45,569 nt of DNA from Clostridia bacterium (lineage in GTDB: Bacteria; Bacillota; Clostridia; Monoglobales; Monoglobaceae), in the NCBI GenBank assembly GCA_045647945.1, contig JAZRNA010000028.1, positions 1-45,569 on the forward strand. Reading direction: 5' to 3'. Position 1 is the first letter of the stretch. Every line of letters begins with the position of its first letter. The position numbers were made by a program, and so were the translations under genes. The notes under the pieces are model-generated. The model saw only the letters and a list, made by a program, of their open reading frames with translations. It made no database searches and was not told the origin of the DNA. This document shows positions 35,686-45,569 of the stretch, one piece after another.

Positions 35686-36069
35686 ATGAAAAAGGGTACT
35701 TATAATAAAATAACGGGGCAGTACGGTGAAAATTTTGCAGAAAAATTTCTTGTAAAAAACAAATATAAGATTATAGAAAGAAACCATCGCAACAAAATGG
35801 GTGAAATTGATATAATTGCAAAAAAAGGCGATGATTTGGTTTTTGTTGAGGTAAAAACCAGAAGTACATCTGATTTTGGAACCCCTGCAGAGGCAGTCAC
35901 ATATTATAAAAAACGAAGCTTTGTCAATGCTGCTAAATGGTACCTTATGCAGAACCCCTGCGATATGAATATCCGATTTGACATAATAGAGGTCTTTGGA
36001 ACATTTACGGGGGACAGCTTTGATTTTGAAAGTATTAATCATATAGAGCAGGTTTTCACGGAGGTATAA
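35686..36069 (+). CDS. yraN: YraN-family (UPF0102) endonuclease-like protein
   Basis: G..GE..A..FL...Y.I.ERN.R...GEIDIIA......VFVEVKTR. Conserved position after rnhB. Confidence 0.85.
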   Translation: MKKGTYNKITGQYGENFAEKFLVKNKYKIIERNHRNKMGEIDIIAKKGDDLVFVEVKTRSTSDFGTPAEAVTYYKKRSFVNAAKWYLMQNPCDMNIRFDIIEVFGTFTGDSFDFESINHIEQVFTEV

Positions 36070-36072
36070 TTT

Positions 36073-37014
36073 ATGGCTTTTGCAGTTTTTGATGCACACT
36101 GTGATACCATGCAAAAGATAACCGATTTTGGCGGCAGCCTCAGGAAGAACAATTATCATCTGGACATTAAACGCATACACAACCTGCAGAACAATTATAT
36201 ACAGATTTTCGCGGCATTTATTAATAAAAAACAGGATACATTGCCGCCTTTTTTGAGGGCCGGACAGATTATAAATCGTTATTTTGAGGAAATTGATAGG
36301 AATAATGATTTAATTGAACATTGTACCAATACAAAGCAGATAAAAGATGCCATAAGTATGGGCAAGACAGCGGCACTTCTTAGCGTTGAGGGTGGAGAGG
36401 CAATAGAAGGAAAATTGGAAAAACTCAATGAGTTCTATAATGCAGGTGTACGCATAATGACCCTTTGCTGGAACTATTCCAACGAGATTTGTGATGGAAT
36501 AGATGAGGAGAGAGGTGCAGGACTCACCAGATTTGGGAAATCAGTTGTTTTGGAAATGAATCGTTTGGGTATGCTTATAGATGTATCACATATTTCAGAA
36601 AGAGGTTTTTGGGATGTTGTGGAAACCAGCAAAAGTCCCATTGCAGCCACTCACTCAAATGCAAAAGCTGTAATGCCCCACAAACGTAATCTTGATGATG
36701 AGCAGATAAAAGCAATTATAACATGCGGCGGTTGTATAGGTGTGAATTTTTATTCAGATTTTATCAGCTATGGTAAATGTTCAATCAAGGATTTGCTCAA
36801 CCATATCGAACATATTCTGTCACTTGGCGGCGAAGATTCGGTAGGCTTGGGAAGTGATTTCGATGGTATGGATTCATTGCCTTGTGAAATAATGGGAGTG
36901 GAGGATATGTATAAAATTTTTGAGGAAATGCAGAGAATAGGATATTCAGATTTCCTAATAAATAAGATATCCTCGGACAATTTTTTGAAACTTATGGAAA
37001 AAATTTTGCTGTAA
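36073..37014 (+). CDS. Membrane (renal-type, M19) dipeptidase family protein
   Basis: FDAHCDT, SVEGGEA, DVSH and ATHSNA motifs. Confidence 0.85.
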   Translation: MAFAVFDAHCDTMQKITDFGGSLRKNNYHLDIKRIHNLQNNYIQIFAAFINKKQDTLPPFLRAGQIINRYFEEIDRNNDLIEHCTNTKQIKDAISMGKTAALLSVEGGEAIEGKLEKLNEFYNAGVRIMTLCWNYSNEICDGIDEERGAGLTRFGKSVVLEMNRLGMLIDVSHISERGFWDVVETSKSPIAATHSNAKAVMPHKRNLDDEQIKAIITCGGCIGVNFYSDFISYGKCSIKDLLNHIEHILSLGGEDSVGLGSDFDGMDSLPCEIMGVEDMYKIFEEMQRIGYSDFLINKISSDNFLKLMEKILL

Positions 37015-37095
37015 GTAAAAAAAAGGTTGAAATTTAACTTATTTTGTATTAAAATGAAAGTCTAAGCATTTTTTTAGACGACTAGGAGGTTTCAA

Positions 37096-38292
37096 ATGCA
37101 AACATATATTTCAAAAAAAGCCAAGGGAGTAAGTCCGTCACCAACATTGTCCCTTGATGCAAAATATAAACAGATGAAAAAACAGGGAATTCCTGTGGTT
37201 GGTTTTGGAGCAGGTGAACCTGATTTTGATACACCTGATAATGTAAAGGCAGCAGCTATAAAAGCTATTGAAGATGGTTTTACCAGATATACACCCGCAT
37301 CAGGTACAATAGAACTCAAAAAGGCTATTTGTGAAAAGTTTAAAAAAGATTCAGGGATTGAATATGGTATTGAAAACATTGTTGTCAGCAATGGCGGCAA
37401 GCATTGCCTCACCAATATCTTCATGGCAATATGCGAAGATGGTGATGAGGTGATTATTCCTGCACCTTTCTGGGTAAGCTATCCAGAGATGGTTAAAATG
37501 GCAGGCGGTGTGCCGGTATTTATAGACACTACAGAGGATGCAAATTTCAAACTTGACCCACAAGATTTGAAAAAGTATATTACATCAAGAACACGTGCAT
37601 TGGTTCTTAATACACCCAGCAATCCTACAGGTATGGTGTATACAAAAGATGAACTTCAGCAGATTGCAGAAATTGCAGTTGAAAACAATATATACGTAAT
37701 CTTTGATGAAATATACGAAAAACTAGTTTATGAGGGTGAGCATGTTAACATTGCATCATTTGGTGAGGATATAAAAAATCTCACAATAATTGTAAACGGT
37801 ATGGCAAAGGCTTATGCAATGACAGGCTGGAGAATAGGCTATACAGCATCCAATGCAGAGCTTGCAAAGACTATGTCAAACATACAGAGTCATTCTACCT
37901 CAAACCCCAACTCAATAGCGCAGGCGGCATCTGTTGAGGCGCTTTTGGGCGACCAGTCATCGGTGGCTTCGATGCGTGAGGAATATATAAAACGCAGGGA
38001 TTACATGGTAGAGAGAATTAATTCAATCCATGGCATAAGCTGCATAAAGCCTAACGGTGCATTTTATATTTTTATGAACGTAAGAGCACTTTTGGGAAGA
38101 GAACTCTATGGCAAAACCTTTAGTACAGCAAGTGAACTTTGTGCAGATATTTTGGACAGAGCACTTGTTGCCTTGGTGCCAAGTGAAGGTTTTGGTATTG
38201 ATGGTTATGTGCGTCTCTCTTATGCAACCTCTATGGAAACGATAATGGAAGGATTGGACAGAATCGAAAAATACATCAATGGAGAATACTAA
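37096..38292 (+). CDS. PLP-dependent aminotransferase, class I (aspartate aminotransferase-like)
   Basis: GEPDFDTP, NP.NPTG and AKAYAMTGWRIGY (PLP-Lys region). Confidence 0.9.
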   Translation: MQTYISKKAKGVSPSPTLSLDAKYKQMKKQGIPVVGFGAGEPDFDTPDNVKAAAIKAIEDGFTRYTPASGTIELKKAICEKFKKDSGIEYGIENIVVSNGGKHCLTNIFMAICEDGDEVIIPAPFWVSYPEMVKMAGGVPVFIDTTEDANFKLDPQDLKKYITSRTRALVLNTPSNPTGMVYTKDELQQIAEIAVENNIYVIFDEIYEKLVYEGEHVNIASFGEDIKNLTIIVNGMAKAYAMTGWRIGYTASNAELAKTMSNIQSHSTSNPNSIAQAASVEALLGDQSSVASMREEYIKRRDYMVERINSIHGISCIKPNGAFYIFMNVRALLGRELYGKTFSTASELCADILDRALVALVPSEGFGIDGYVRLSYATSMETIMEGLDRIEKYINGEY

Positions 38293-38307
38293 AAAAGGAG
38301 AATTGCG

Positions 38308-39102
38308 GTGAATATTGGAATAATTGGTGCAGGAAACATGGCGTCTGCTTTGGCTGGGGGTCTTGTATCATCCGAAATCATCAGAGCGGATGAACTCAGT
38401 ATAAGTGACAAGAATCCTCAAAATCTCAAGAAGTGGCAAAGTCTTGGCGTTTTTGCCACAGAGGATAATAGCGAAGTTTTAAAACACAGTGAAATTGTTA
38501 TTTTTGCAGTAAAACCCAATGTATTACCAATAGTTCTTGATGAGGCAAAAGCTTTCACCAAAGACAGGATTTTCATCTCTATCGCGGCAGGGACAACAAT
38601 TCGTGCAATAGAAGAGAAACTGGGCAGTGATGCAAAAATAATCCGGGCAATGCCCAACACACCGGCTCAGGTAAATTGTGGCATGACTGTTATTACTCCA
38701 AACAAAAATATTTCTGAAAAAGAACTGGAAACAGCTCAAAGCATCCTTTCCGGAGTGGGTGAGGTTATAGTTCTGGAAGAGAAATATATAAATGCGGCAA
38801 CAGCGCTCCATGGCAGCAGTCCTGCATATGTATATATGCTTATTGATGCTATGGCGGACAGCGGCGTTAAACATGGAATCCCTAAAGAAGTTTCCCTAAA
38901 GCTTGCGGCAAAAGCTGTTGAGGGTGCTGCAAAAATGGTTTTGGAAACCAAGGAGCATCCGGGGGTTCTCAAGGATGCAGTTTGCTCGCCCGGCGGGACA
39001 ACCATCGCTGCAGTTTGTGAACTTGAAAAAACAGGATTTCAAACATCGGTTTCCCAGGCAATTGATGCTTGCATAAAAAGGGCCGATGAAATGTCAAAGT
39101 AG
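38308..39102 (+). CDS. proC: Pyrroline-5-carboxylate reductase
   Basis: GIIGAGNMA, VKP, RAMPNTPA and SPGGTT motifs. GTG start after AAGGAG. Confidence 0.9.
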   Translation: MNIGIIGAGNMASALAGGLVSSEIIRADELSISDKNPQNLKKWQSLGVFATEDNSEVLKHSEIVIFAVKPNVLPIVLDEAKAFTKDRIFISIAAGTTIRAIEEKLGSDAKIIRAMPNTPAQVNCGMTVITPNKNISEKELETAQSILSGVGEVIVLEEKYINAATALHGSSPAYVYMLIDAMADSGVKHGIPKEVSLKLAAKAVEGAAKMVLETKEHPGVLKDAVCSPGGTTIAAVCELEKTGFQTSVSQAIDACIKRADEMSK

Positions 39103-39123
39103 TTGTTTGTTTAAAATTGATTT

Positions 39124-39152
39124 TCATATTTTTACGGCTTGTCTCATAGATA
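39124..39152 (+). promoter_or_regulatory. Sigma-E type mother-cell promoter upstream of spoIIM
   Basis: TCATATT (39124-39130), a 14-nt spacer, then CATAGATA (39145-39152). The recalled consensus is kmATATT-N14-CATACAmT. spoIIM is sigma-E dependent in B. subtilis. Confidence 0.55.
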
Positions 39153-39198
39153 TGTAAATAGGCGAGAGTGACCGCCAATTTACGAGGGGAGAAGCCAT

Positions 39199-39840
39199 AT
39201 GAAAAAGTATAATTTTATAAGAAATATAACCGATTACATCTCGGGCAACAGACTTCAGTTTTTTTTCGTGGTTGTCAGTCTTTTGCTGGGGACAGTAATC
39301 GGTTCTTTGTCAGCATTATCTTTGGAACAGGAAAGCTATGAAAGTCTTAACTCATACCTTAGAAATTTTGTTTCAGCTTATAATATTCAGTCAATAAGCA
39401 AAACAGATATATTCAAAGTTTCACTTTACAACAACATCAAGGTTGTGCTGTTGTTGTGGATATCCGGACTTTGGGTAGGGTTTGTACCCATAGGGGTTCT
39501 GCAGGTAGGTTCCAAGGGATATAAATTGGGATTTACCACCGTTTTGATACTTCAAATATATAGGGGAAAAGGTCTTTTGCTGGCGATTGTGTCGATTATT
39601 CCGCAGGTCTTAATTTTGGTTCCTGTGATTATAATATATACGGTATTTAATATGAATTTTGCTTTGTCCTTGCGAAAAATAAGACTTAAAGGACAAAGCC
39701 TGGCAACGCACAAAGAAATGTATCTGAGAAATCTTTTGTTTCTCGTGGGGACACTTGTAGTTTTAGTTTTATGCAGCTTAATTGATGCATTTGTTGTACC
39801 GCCTGTTTTAAAACCGATTTGTTCATTTTTGAGTAAGTAG
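39199..39840 (+). CDS. spoIIM: Stage II sporulation protein M
   Basis: About 210 aa, polytopic membrane protein. The spoIIM-xerD neighbourhood matches Bacilli (spoIIM-fur-ripX), and a sigma-E-like promoter lies upstream. Confidence 0.7.
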   Translation: MKKYNFIRNITDYISGNRLQFFFVVVSLLLGTVIGSLSALSLEQESYESLNSYLRNFVSAYNIQSISKTDIFKVSLYNNIKVVLLLWISGLWVGFVPIGVLQVGSKGYKLGFTTVLILQIYRGKGLLLAIVSIIPQVLILVPVIIIYTVFNMNFALSLRKIRLKGQSLATHKEMYLRNLLFLVGTLVVLVLCSLIDAFVVPPVLKPICSFLSK

Positions 39841-39855
39841 AAGGAAGGACTGCAA

Positions 39856-40755
39856 ATGAAAAATATAGTAGAGAGATACTTTGGTTTTTTGACCAACAGC
39901 AAACATGCATCTGAAAACACGTTGCTTTCATACAAACGTGATATAAATGCATATGTTGACTTTCTTAAAACAAAAGAGACTACTGTTGATGCCGTAAGCG
40001 GCACATCAATACTTGATTATCTGATGAAATTGCAAAAATCGGGTAAAGCTGCGTCAACTGTTTCAAGAAACTTAGCGTCAATTCGTTCCTTTTACCGATT
40101 TATGCAAAACGAGGGAATTGTTAAACAGGACCCTACGGCAAATTTACACTCGCTCAAAATAGATAAAAAGCTCCCTGAAGTTCTGACTAGCGAGGAAGTA
40201 GAGAGCTTGCTTAATCAGCCTGACACACGTGATGCAAAAGGTTGCCGTGACAAGGCTATGCTTGAACTTCTTTATGCTACGGGTATGAGGGTTACAGAGA
40301 TGATTGACCTTAAAATGTCTGATGTTGACATGAATATTGGGTACATAAACTGTAATTATGGCAAAAAAATGAGGGTAATACCGGTTTATTCCATTGCCAA
40401 AAAGGCCGTTAAGAACTACATAGACACAGCAAGAATACAGCTTATAAAAGAAAATTCTGTTGAAAATCTGTTTGTGAATTGCAGCGGAACCAAAATGACA
40501 CGTCAGGGATTTTGGAAAATAATAAAGCAGTATGCTTCTGCAGCCAATATCCAAAAGGATATTACACCGCATACACTCAGGCATTCTTTTGCCACACACC
40601 TGCTTGAGAATGGGGCGGATTTAAAATCCATCCAGGAAATGCTGGGTCATACAGATATTTCATCCACACAAGTTTATGCCAGCGTTGTAAAAAAACATAT
40701 CAAAGATGTTTATAAAAGTGCACATCCAAGAGCACGCAAAAAGCAAACTGTATAA
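39856..40755 (+). CDS. xerD: Tyrosine recombinase XerD (XerC/D family)
   Basis: SENTLLSYKRDI, GMRVTE, the catalytic pattern HTLRHSFATHLLENGADL..IQE.LGH..ISSTQVY. Confidence 0.8.
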   Translation: MKNIVERYFGFLTNSKHASENTLLSYKRDINAYVDFLKTKETTVDAVSGTSILDYLMKLQKSGKAASTVSRNLASIRSFYRFMQNEGIVKQDPTANLHSLKIDKKLPEVLTSEEVESLLNQPDTRDAKGCRDKAMLELLYATGMRVTEMIDLKMSDVDMNIGYINCNYGKKMRVIPVYSIAKKAVKNYIDTARIQLIKENSVENLFVNCSGTKMTRQGFWKIIKQYASAANIQKDITPHTLRHSFATHLLENGADLKSIQEMLGHTDISSTQVYASVVKKHIKDVYKSAHPRARKKQTV

Positions 40756-40760
40756 AAACA

Positions 40761-40787
40761 AAGGATTGGGAAAGGTACCCAATCCTT
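40761..40787. terminator. Bidirectional terminator hairpin between xerD and convergent sigK
   Basis: AAGGATTGGG-aaaggta-CCCAATCCTT followed by a T-rich run. Confidence 0.75.
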
Positions 40788-41490
40788 ATTTTATTTGTTG
40801 CATATCGTCACATATTCCAAATTTTAGCTTGCCGATAGCCTTTTTCTCAAGGCGTGATACATAAGAGCGGGAAATCCCCATAATCTCTGCTATTTCCGAT
40901 TGTGTCCGCTCGTTGCCGTCCCACAATCCATAACGCATTTTTATTATTTCACGCTCCCTGTCATCAAGACGAGTTTTTATGTTTTCATATAGTTTTTTTA
41001 TTTGTGCACGGTCATCAATTTCTTTTATAACGTCTTCCTCGTCAGAGCCAATGATGTCCATGAGGAGTATTTGATTTCCCTCTTTATCTGTACCAATCGG
41101 GTCATTAAGAGAAACATCACCCTGACACTTTTTGTTATTTCGCATAAGCATCAGTATTTCATTTTCGATACATCTTGCAGCGTATGTAACGAGACGTGTT
41201 CCTTTGGAACTGTCAAAGCTGCTGATGCCCTTTATCAAACCGATTGTCCCAAGGGATATAAGGTCTTCGTTGTCGCGGACATTGGCGGAATATTTTTTTG
41301 CAATATGTGCCACCAGACGCAGATTATGCTCAATCAGCTTGTTTTTTGCATCAATATCCCCATTCTCCATCTTTTCTATGTAGTATCTTTCCTCTTTGGC
41401 ACTGAGGGGTTTGGGGAAAGAATTGCTTCCTGACACAAAAGATATAATAAAAACCAAAGATTCGATAAGGGTGTCAAATATACCAAACAT
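40786..41490 (-). CDS. sigK: Sporulation sigma factor pro-sigma-K, uninterrupted
   Basis: Pro-sequence MFGIFDTLIESLVFIISFVSGSNSFPKPLS, then LIEHNLRLVAHIAKKY, DLISLGTIGLIKG, YAARCIENEILM, DPIGTDKEGN and ISRSYVSRLEKKA. All four regions are present. ATG 41490 lies 9 nt after TGGAG. Confidence 0.9.
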   Translation of the reverse strand: MFGIFDTLIESLVFIISFVSGSNSFPKPLSAKEERYYIEKMENGDIDAKNKLIEHNLRLVAHIAKKYSANVRDNEDLISLGTIGLIKGISSFDSSKGTRLVTYAARCIENEILMLMRNNKKCQGDVSLNDPIGTDKEGNQILLMDIIGSDEEDVIKEIDDRAQIKKLYENIKTRLDDREREIIKMRYGLWDGNERTQSEIAEIMGISRSYVSRLEKKAIGKLKFGICDDMQQIK

Positions 41491-41548
41491 AAATATACGC
41501 TCCAATCTGCCAAGCTGCTACAAACAGCTTAAGAGATAATATATATTC

Positions 41549-41580
41549 AGTGTATGCAAAGGTGTTTTGTCCTGTGCAAG
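41549..41580 (-). promoter_or_regulatory. Candidate mother-cell (sigma-E/K type) promoter of sigK with a SpoIIID-like GGACAA box
   Basis: On the minus strand: AC-N17-CATACACT (41556-41549), with GGACAA (41572-41567) in the spacer. The consensus is from memory and the match is partial. Confidence 0.35.
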
Positions 41581-41676
41581 TACACATTGTAAAAGTAAAC
41601 TTCATTTCGTCATTTGTATTGCATAAATTGTATTATTGTGATAAAATATTATAATTAAAAGGAAAAAGGATTTTAA

Positions 41677-44046
41677 ATGTTTATGGATGGAAAAACTTTA
41701 CGGGTATTAGAATTTGATAAAATATTGAATATGTTATCCAAACACGCTGTTAATGACGAAACAAAGGCGCGTGTGCAGATGCTTTCTCCTCAGAACGACT
41801 TTGATGCAGTAAAGACCGCTCTTGGGGATACAGACGGAGCTGTTGTGATGATTTGCAAATACGGTTCTCCGTCAATTTCTGCAGTTTTGCCTGTTGAAAA
41901 GGCAATCAAGAGAATAGACATAGGTGGAAGTTTGTCAATGTCCGAACTCCTGAATATCGCTAAAATTTTAAAAACTGCAGATCAACTAAAGAAATACTAT
42001 GACGGCCATGAGAACTCAATAGACCGTTATTTTGCGTGTCTTGAAAAAAACACCCAGGTGGAAGAGAGAATTTCAAACTCCATAGTCTCCGAAACAGAAA
42101 TGGCTGACGGAGCAAGCGCAGAACTTGCCAACATACGAAGAAAAATCGACAGAGCAAGTGACAAAATAAAGGATTCTCTCAGTTCCATGATTCGCTCGCC
42201 ACATTACCAGAAGTTTCTGCAGGATCCTATTGTTACTTTGCGAAATGACCGGTATGTTGTTCCGGTTAAGGCGGAACACAGAGGTGATGTTCATGGTATT
42301 GTTCATGATGTTTCGGCATCCGGCGGCACATTATTTGTCGAACCTGCAAGTGTTGTGGATGCAAACAATGAACTTCATGCACTTGCTGCAAAGGAAAAAA
42401 TTGAAATAGAACGAGTGCTGACAGAACTTACTGCTATTGTAGCCGAAATAGCAGATATTGTTAAAGCGGATTATGATGCAATAATTGATATTGATATGCT
42501 TTTCACCAAGGCTAAACTGGCATTGGAACAAAAGGCGGTTTGCCCCCAAATTAATCATGAGGGCAAAATACTAATAAAAAACGGCAGACACCCATTGATT
42601 GACAGAAAGAAGGTTGTTCCTCAGAACATAAGTCTGGGCTATGATTTTGACAGCCTTATTGTGACGGGGCCAAACACGGGCGGAAAAACTGTTGTTTTGA
42701 AAACATTGGGGTTGTTTTCAATCATGGCACAGTCAGGACTTTTTGTCCCTGCTGATGACGGAACTGTTCTTGCGGTGTTTGACGGTGTTTATGCAGATAT
42801 TGGTGACGAGCAGAGTATAGAACAGAGCCTCAGCACATTTTCTGCGCATATGACCAATATTGTAGGTATTTTAAACAAGATAACTCCGGATTCTCTTGTT
42901 CTATTCGATGAGCTTGGTGCAGGCACAGACCCCATAGAGGGTGCGGCTCTCGCCAACTCTATTCTCAATTATGTCAAAAATCTTGGCGCAAAGGTTGTTG
43001 CTACAACTCACTACAGCGAACTTAAAATTTACGCACTTTCAACAGACAGGGTGGAAAATGCATCATGTGAATTTGATGTTGATACGCTGAGTCCCACATA
43101 CAGACTGCTTATAGGAATCCCCGGAAAAAGTAATGCTTTTGCTATATCAAAAAAATTAGGGCTATCAGATTTTATAATTGAGGATTCAAAAAAACTTCTC
43201 TCCAAAGAAACGGTAAAGTTTGAGGATGTTCTTGCAACTATAGAAGAAAACCGCAGAATTTCAGAAACATCAAAAACTCAGCAGGAACATTTGGAAAGGC
43301 AAGTTGCAGAGATTAAGGAAGAACTTGAATCAGAAAGAAAGAGATTTGAAAAACAGCGTAAGGAAATAATAGAACGCGCAAACCAAAAAGCTGCTGAAAT
43401 AATAGAGGGAGCAAAAGGGGAAACAGAAGATATTCTGAATAAAATGCGTGAACTGCAAAAAGAAAAAGACCAACGGGAAGCACTTAAGGCTATGGAAGAG
43501 GTGCGGAAAGATATAAATCTTAGCCTAAAAAAAGCAAAAAAAGCCCCTGGTATACCAAAACCAAAGCCAGTAAAGACCAATATAAATTCCTTTAAACCGG
43601 GAATGTCTGTTTTGATTGTGGACCTGAATGACAAGGGAACACTTCTTTCCATTGACAAAAAAGCAGGAACAGGTGTGGTTCAGATGGGAATAATGAAAAC
43701 CACCTCAAAACTTTCCAATCTGGTTATTCTGGAAGATGAAACCAAAAAGAATATTGCAAAGTTTATTCCTCAAAAGAATGTAAAGGGTGGAACTAAACCT
43801 GTAAAAACCGAGGTGGATTTGAGAGGAATGATTCTTGAAGAAGCTATGGATGAGGCTGATATGTTCCTTGACCGGGCAGCTATGTCAGGACTTTCCACTG
43901 TTACAATAATTCATGGCAAAGGTACAGGGGTTCTTAGAAGTGGCATCCACTCAATGCTCCGCAAACATCCCCATGTAAAGGCTTTCAGACTTGGAAGATA
44001 TGGTGAGGGCGAAAACGGAGTTACTGTTGTGGAACTTAAAAATTAA
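41677..44046 (+). CDS. mutS2: Endonuclease MutS2
   Basis: GPNTGGKT Walker A, LFDELGAGTDP, a long coiled coil, and a C-terminal Smr domain (DLRG....EA......L........V.IIHGKGTG.LR). Confidence 0.95.
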   Translation: MFMDGKTLRVLEFDKILNMLSKHAVNDETKARVQMLSPQNDFDAVKTALGDTDGAVVMICKYGSPSISAVLPVEKAIKRIDIGGSLSMSELLNIAKILKTADQLKKYYDGHENSIDRYFACLEKNTQVEERISNSIVSETEMADGASAELANIRRKIDRASDKIKDSLSSMIRSPHYQKFLQDPIVTLRNDRYVVPVKAEHRGDVHGIVHDVSASGGTLFVEPASVVDANNELHALAAKEKIEIERVLTELTAIVAEIADIVKADYDAIIDIDMLFTKAKLALEQKAVCPQINHEGKILIKNGRHPLIDRKKVVPQNISLGYDFDSLIVTGPNTGGKTVVLKTLGLFSIMAQSGLFVPADDGTVLAVFDGVYADIGDEQSIEQSLSTFSAHMTNIVGILNKITPDSLVLFDELGAGTDPIEGAALANSILNYVKNLGAKVVATTHYSELKIYALSTDRVENASCEFDVDTLSPTYRLLIGIPGKSNAFAISKKLGLSDFIIEDSKKLLSKETVKFEDVLATIEENRRISETSKTQQEHLERQVAEIKEELESERKRFEKQRKEIIERANQKAAEIIEGAKGETEDILNKMRELQKEKDQREALKAMEEVRKDINLSLKKAKKAPGIPKPKPVKTNINSFKPGMSVLIVDLNDKGTLLSIDKKAGTGVVQMGIMKTTSKLSNLVILEDETKKNIAKFIPQKNVKGGTKPVKTEVDLRGMILEEAMDEADMFLDRAAMSGLSTVTIIHGKGTGVLRSGIHSMLRKHPHVKAFRLGRYGEGENGVTVVELKN

Positions 44047-44149
44047 TTTAATGACTATCAGGGATTATTCTTTTGTAAAAAAGTGTTGTTTTTTTTTGAA
44101 AACCGTGATAAAATGAAAGTTAAAGAATTAGCATTTTAGGAGAAAAGTT

Positions 44150-45569
44150 ATGTTACAGAAAAATTGGTTACTTAGGGAATTTGATAAGGCGAGGGTAATT
44201 GAAATTTCAAAGGAATTTCATATTTCCCCTTTAACTTCTATTATACTTTACAACAGGGGTATTACAGACAACAAGGATATTGCGGAATTTTTGAGGTGTG
44301 ACCTCGAAAGTTTGCATGACCCGTATCTTCTTAAGGATATGGACAAAGCGGTAAACCGAATTAAAACAGCACAGAAAAACAATGAAAAAATCACCATTTA
44401 TGGCGACTATGATGTTGATGGTATTACCAGTATTGCAATTTTATACAAGCACCTTACTTCTATGGGTTTTGAGGTTGATTATTATGTTCCTGACAGAATC
44501 CAGGAGGGTTATGGTGTAAACCGTGACGCTTTGGACAAAATTAAAGAGAGCGGAACAAAGGTTGTCATTACAGTTGACACCGGCATTACCGCGGTGGAAG
44601 AAACAGAGTATGCAAAGAGCATAGGCATGGATATAATTATAACAGACCACCACGAGTGCAAGGAGACCATTCCGGATGCATATGCTGCAATTGACCCCAA
44701 ACGTAAGGATTGTAAATATCCTTTCAAAAATCTTGCAGGCGTAGGTGTTGCGTTCAAACTCATTCAGGCATTGGATGACCAATCCTCTGTAGACGAACTC
44801 ATGGAGAAATATTCTGACCTTATATGTCTGGGAACTGTTGCTGATATTTCACCTCTTGTTGATGAAAACAGAATAATAGTAACAAAAGGTCTTGAAAAAT
44901 TCAGAAACACCGAAAATATAGGTCTTAAGGCTTTGATTGATGTATCCATAACCAACAGCAAACCAATAACCACATCAACGATTGGTTACATTATTGCTCC
45001 CAGAATCAATGCAAGCGGACGTCTGGGGTGTGCGTCAAGGAGTGTGGAGATGTTCCTTACATCAGACAGAGAGAGGGCATATGAACTTGCAAATGGTCTC
45101 TGTGAGGAAAATACAATCAGACAGCAAACAGAACAAAATATGTTTGCTGAGGCTCTTGAATACATCGAAAACAATCCACAGATTAAAGATGACCAGGTTC
45201 TTGTTATTCCTCATGAAAACTGGCATCATGGTATTGTGGGAATCGTTTCTTCAAAGATTACCGAAAAATTTTATAAGCCATCTATTCTGTTTGCCATTGA
45301 TGGTGACGAGGCAAAAGGTTCAGGCCGCAGCATAAGCGGATTTAACCTCTTTGAAGCGTTGGAGGAAAGCAGTCATTTGCTTGAAAAATTCGGTGGACAC
45401 GAACTTGCAGCCGGACTTTCTATAAAAACAGAGAATATTGAGAAATTCAGAGAGGCAATCAACGCACATACTGCAGAAAAAATCGACGAGAAAGCTCTTA
45501 TCCCAACTGTTTCCATTGATGCAGTGATCAAACCGTCTTACATAACACTTGAGACGGTTGATGAAATCA
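44150..45569 (+). CDS. recJ: Single-stranded-DNA-specific exonuclease RecJ, 3'-partial (runs off the window)
   Basis: Not in the ORF track because there is no stop in the window. Hand translation: MLQKNWLLREFD...ITIYGDYDVDGITS...YYVPDRI.EGYG...ITVDTGI...IITDHHE (DHH motifs). AGGAG lies 7 nt before the ATG. Confidence 0.9.
   Translation, partial: MLQKNWLLREFDKARVIEISKEFHISPLTSIILYNRGITDNKDIAEFLRCDLESLHDPYLLKDMDKAVNRIKTAQKNNEKITIYGDYDVDGITSIAILYKHLTSMGFEVDYYVPDRIQEGYGVNRDALDKIKESGTKVVITVDTGITAVEETEYAKSIGMDIIITDHHECKETIPDAYAAIDPKRKDCKYPFKNLAGVGVAFKLIQALDDQSSVDELMEKYSDLICLGTVADISPLVDENRIIVTKGLEKFRNTENIGLKALIDVSITNSKPITTSTIGYIIAPRINASGRLGCASRSVEMFLTSDRERAYELANGLCEENTIRQQTEQNMFAEALEYIENNPQIKDDQVLVIPHENWHHGIVGIVSSKITEKFYKPSILFAIDGDEAKGSGRSISGFNLFEALEESSHLLEKFGGHELAAGLSIKTENIEKFREAINAHTAEKIDEKALIPTVSIDAVIKPSYITLETVDEI

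Noticed and set aside
44982-45335. A 117-aa plus-strand ORF, along with minus-strand ORFs at 44441-44973.
   Set aside because: They overlap the recJ reading frame (44150 onward), which has clear DHH-family motifs. They are alternative-frame artefacts.

Overview
This is an AT-rich chromosomal segment from an endospore-forming Firmicute with Clostridia-like gene content. Most of it is core housekeeping and sporulation DNA. In order: spo0A, a LysR regulator divergent from a CofE-like gene, a PspC-domain peptide, two ribokinase-superfamily sugar kinases, galM, a THUMP RNA methyltransferase, SRP RNA-dnaX-ybaB, pncB, a GH20-like hydrolase, prs, rluB, nudF, zapA, a U32 peptidase, maf-mreBCD-PBP2-minD-mgsA, rplS-lepB-rbgA-rnhB-yraN, a dipeptidase, an aminotransferase, proC, spoIIM-xerD, sigK (intact), mutS2 and a partial recJ. 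The one clearly non-ordinary block is about 10.5-15.1 kb. The usual dnaX-ybaB-recR order stops after ybaB and is followed by a SulP/STAS transporter fused in an operon with a HIRAN+TPR protein. After a strong terminator comes a 55-codon ORF that overlaps the start of a SpoIVCA-like large serine recombinase. Three nucleotides past the recombinase stop, on the opposite strand, lies the 5' 97 codons of the forespore sigma factor gene sigG. The ORF track does not list this fragment because it has no ATG/GTG/TTG start. Homology to sigma-G ends abruptly there, and the 3' half of sigG is not in the window. This looks like the sigK/skin (spoIVCB-spoIVCA) geometry, but in a germ-line (forespore) gene, and it is the main finding. 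All calls rest on reading the translations and sequence by eye. No database search was run and start codons are best guesses.
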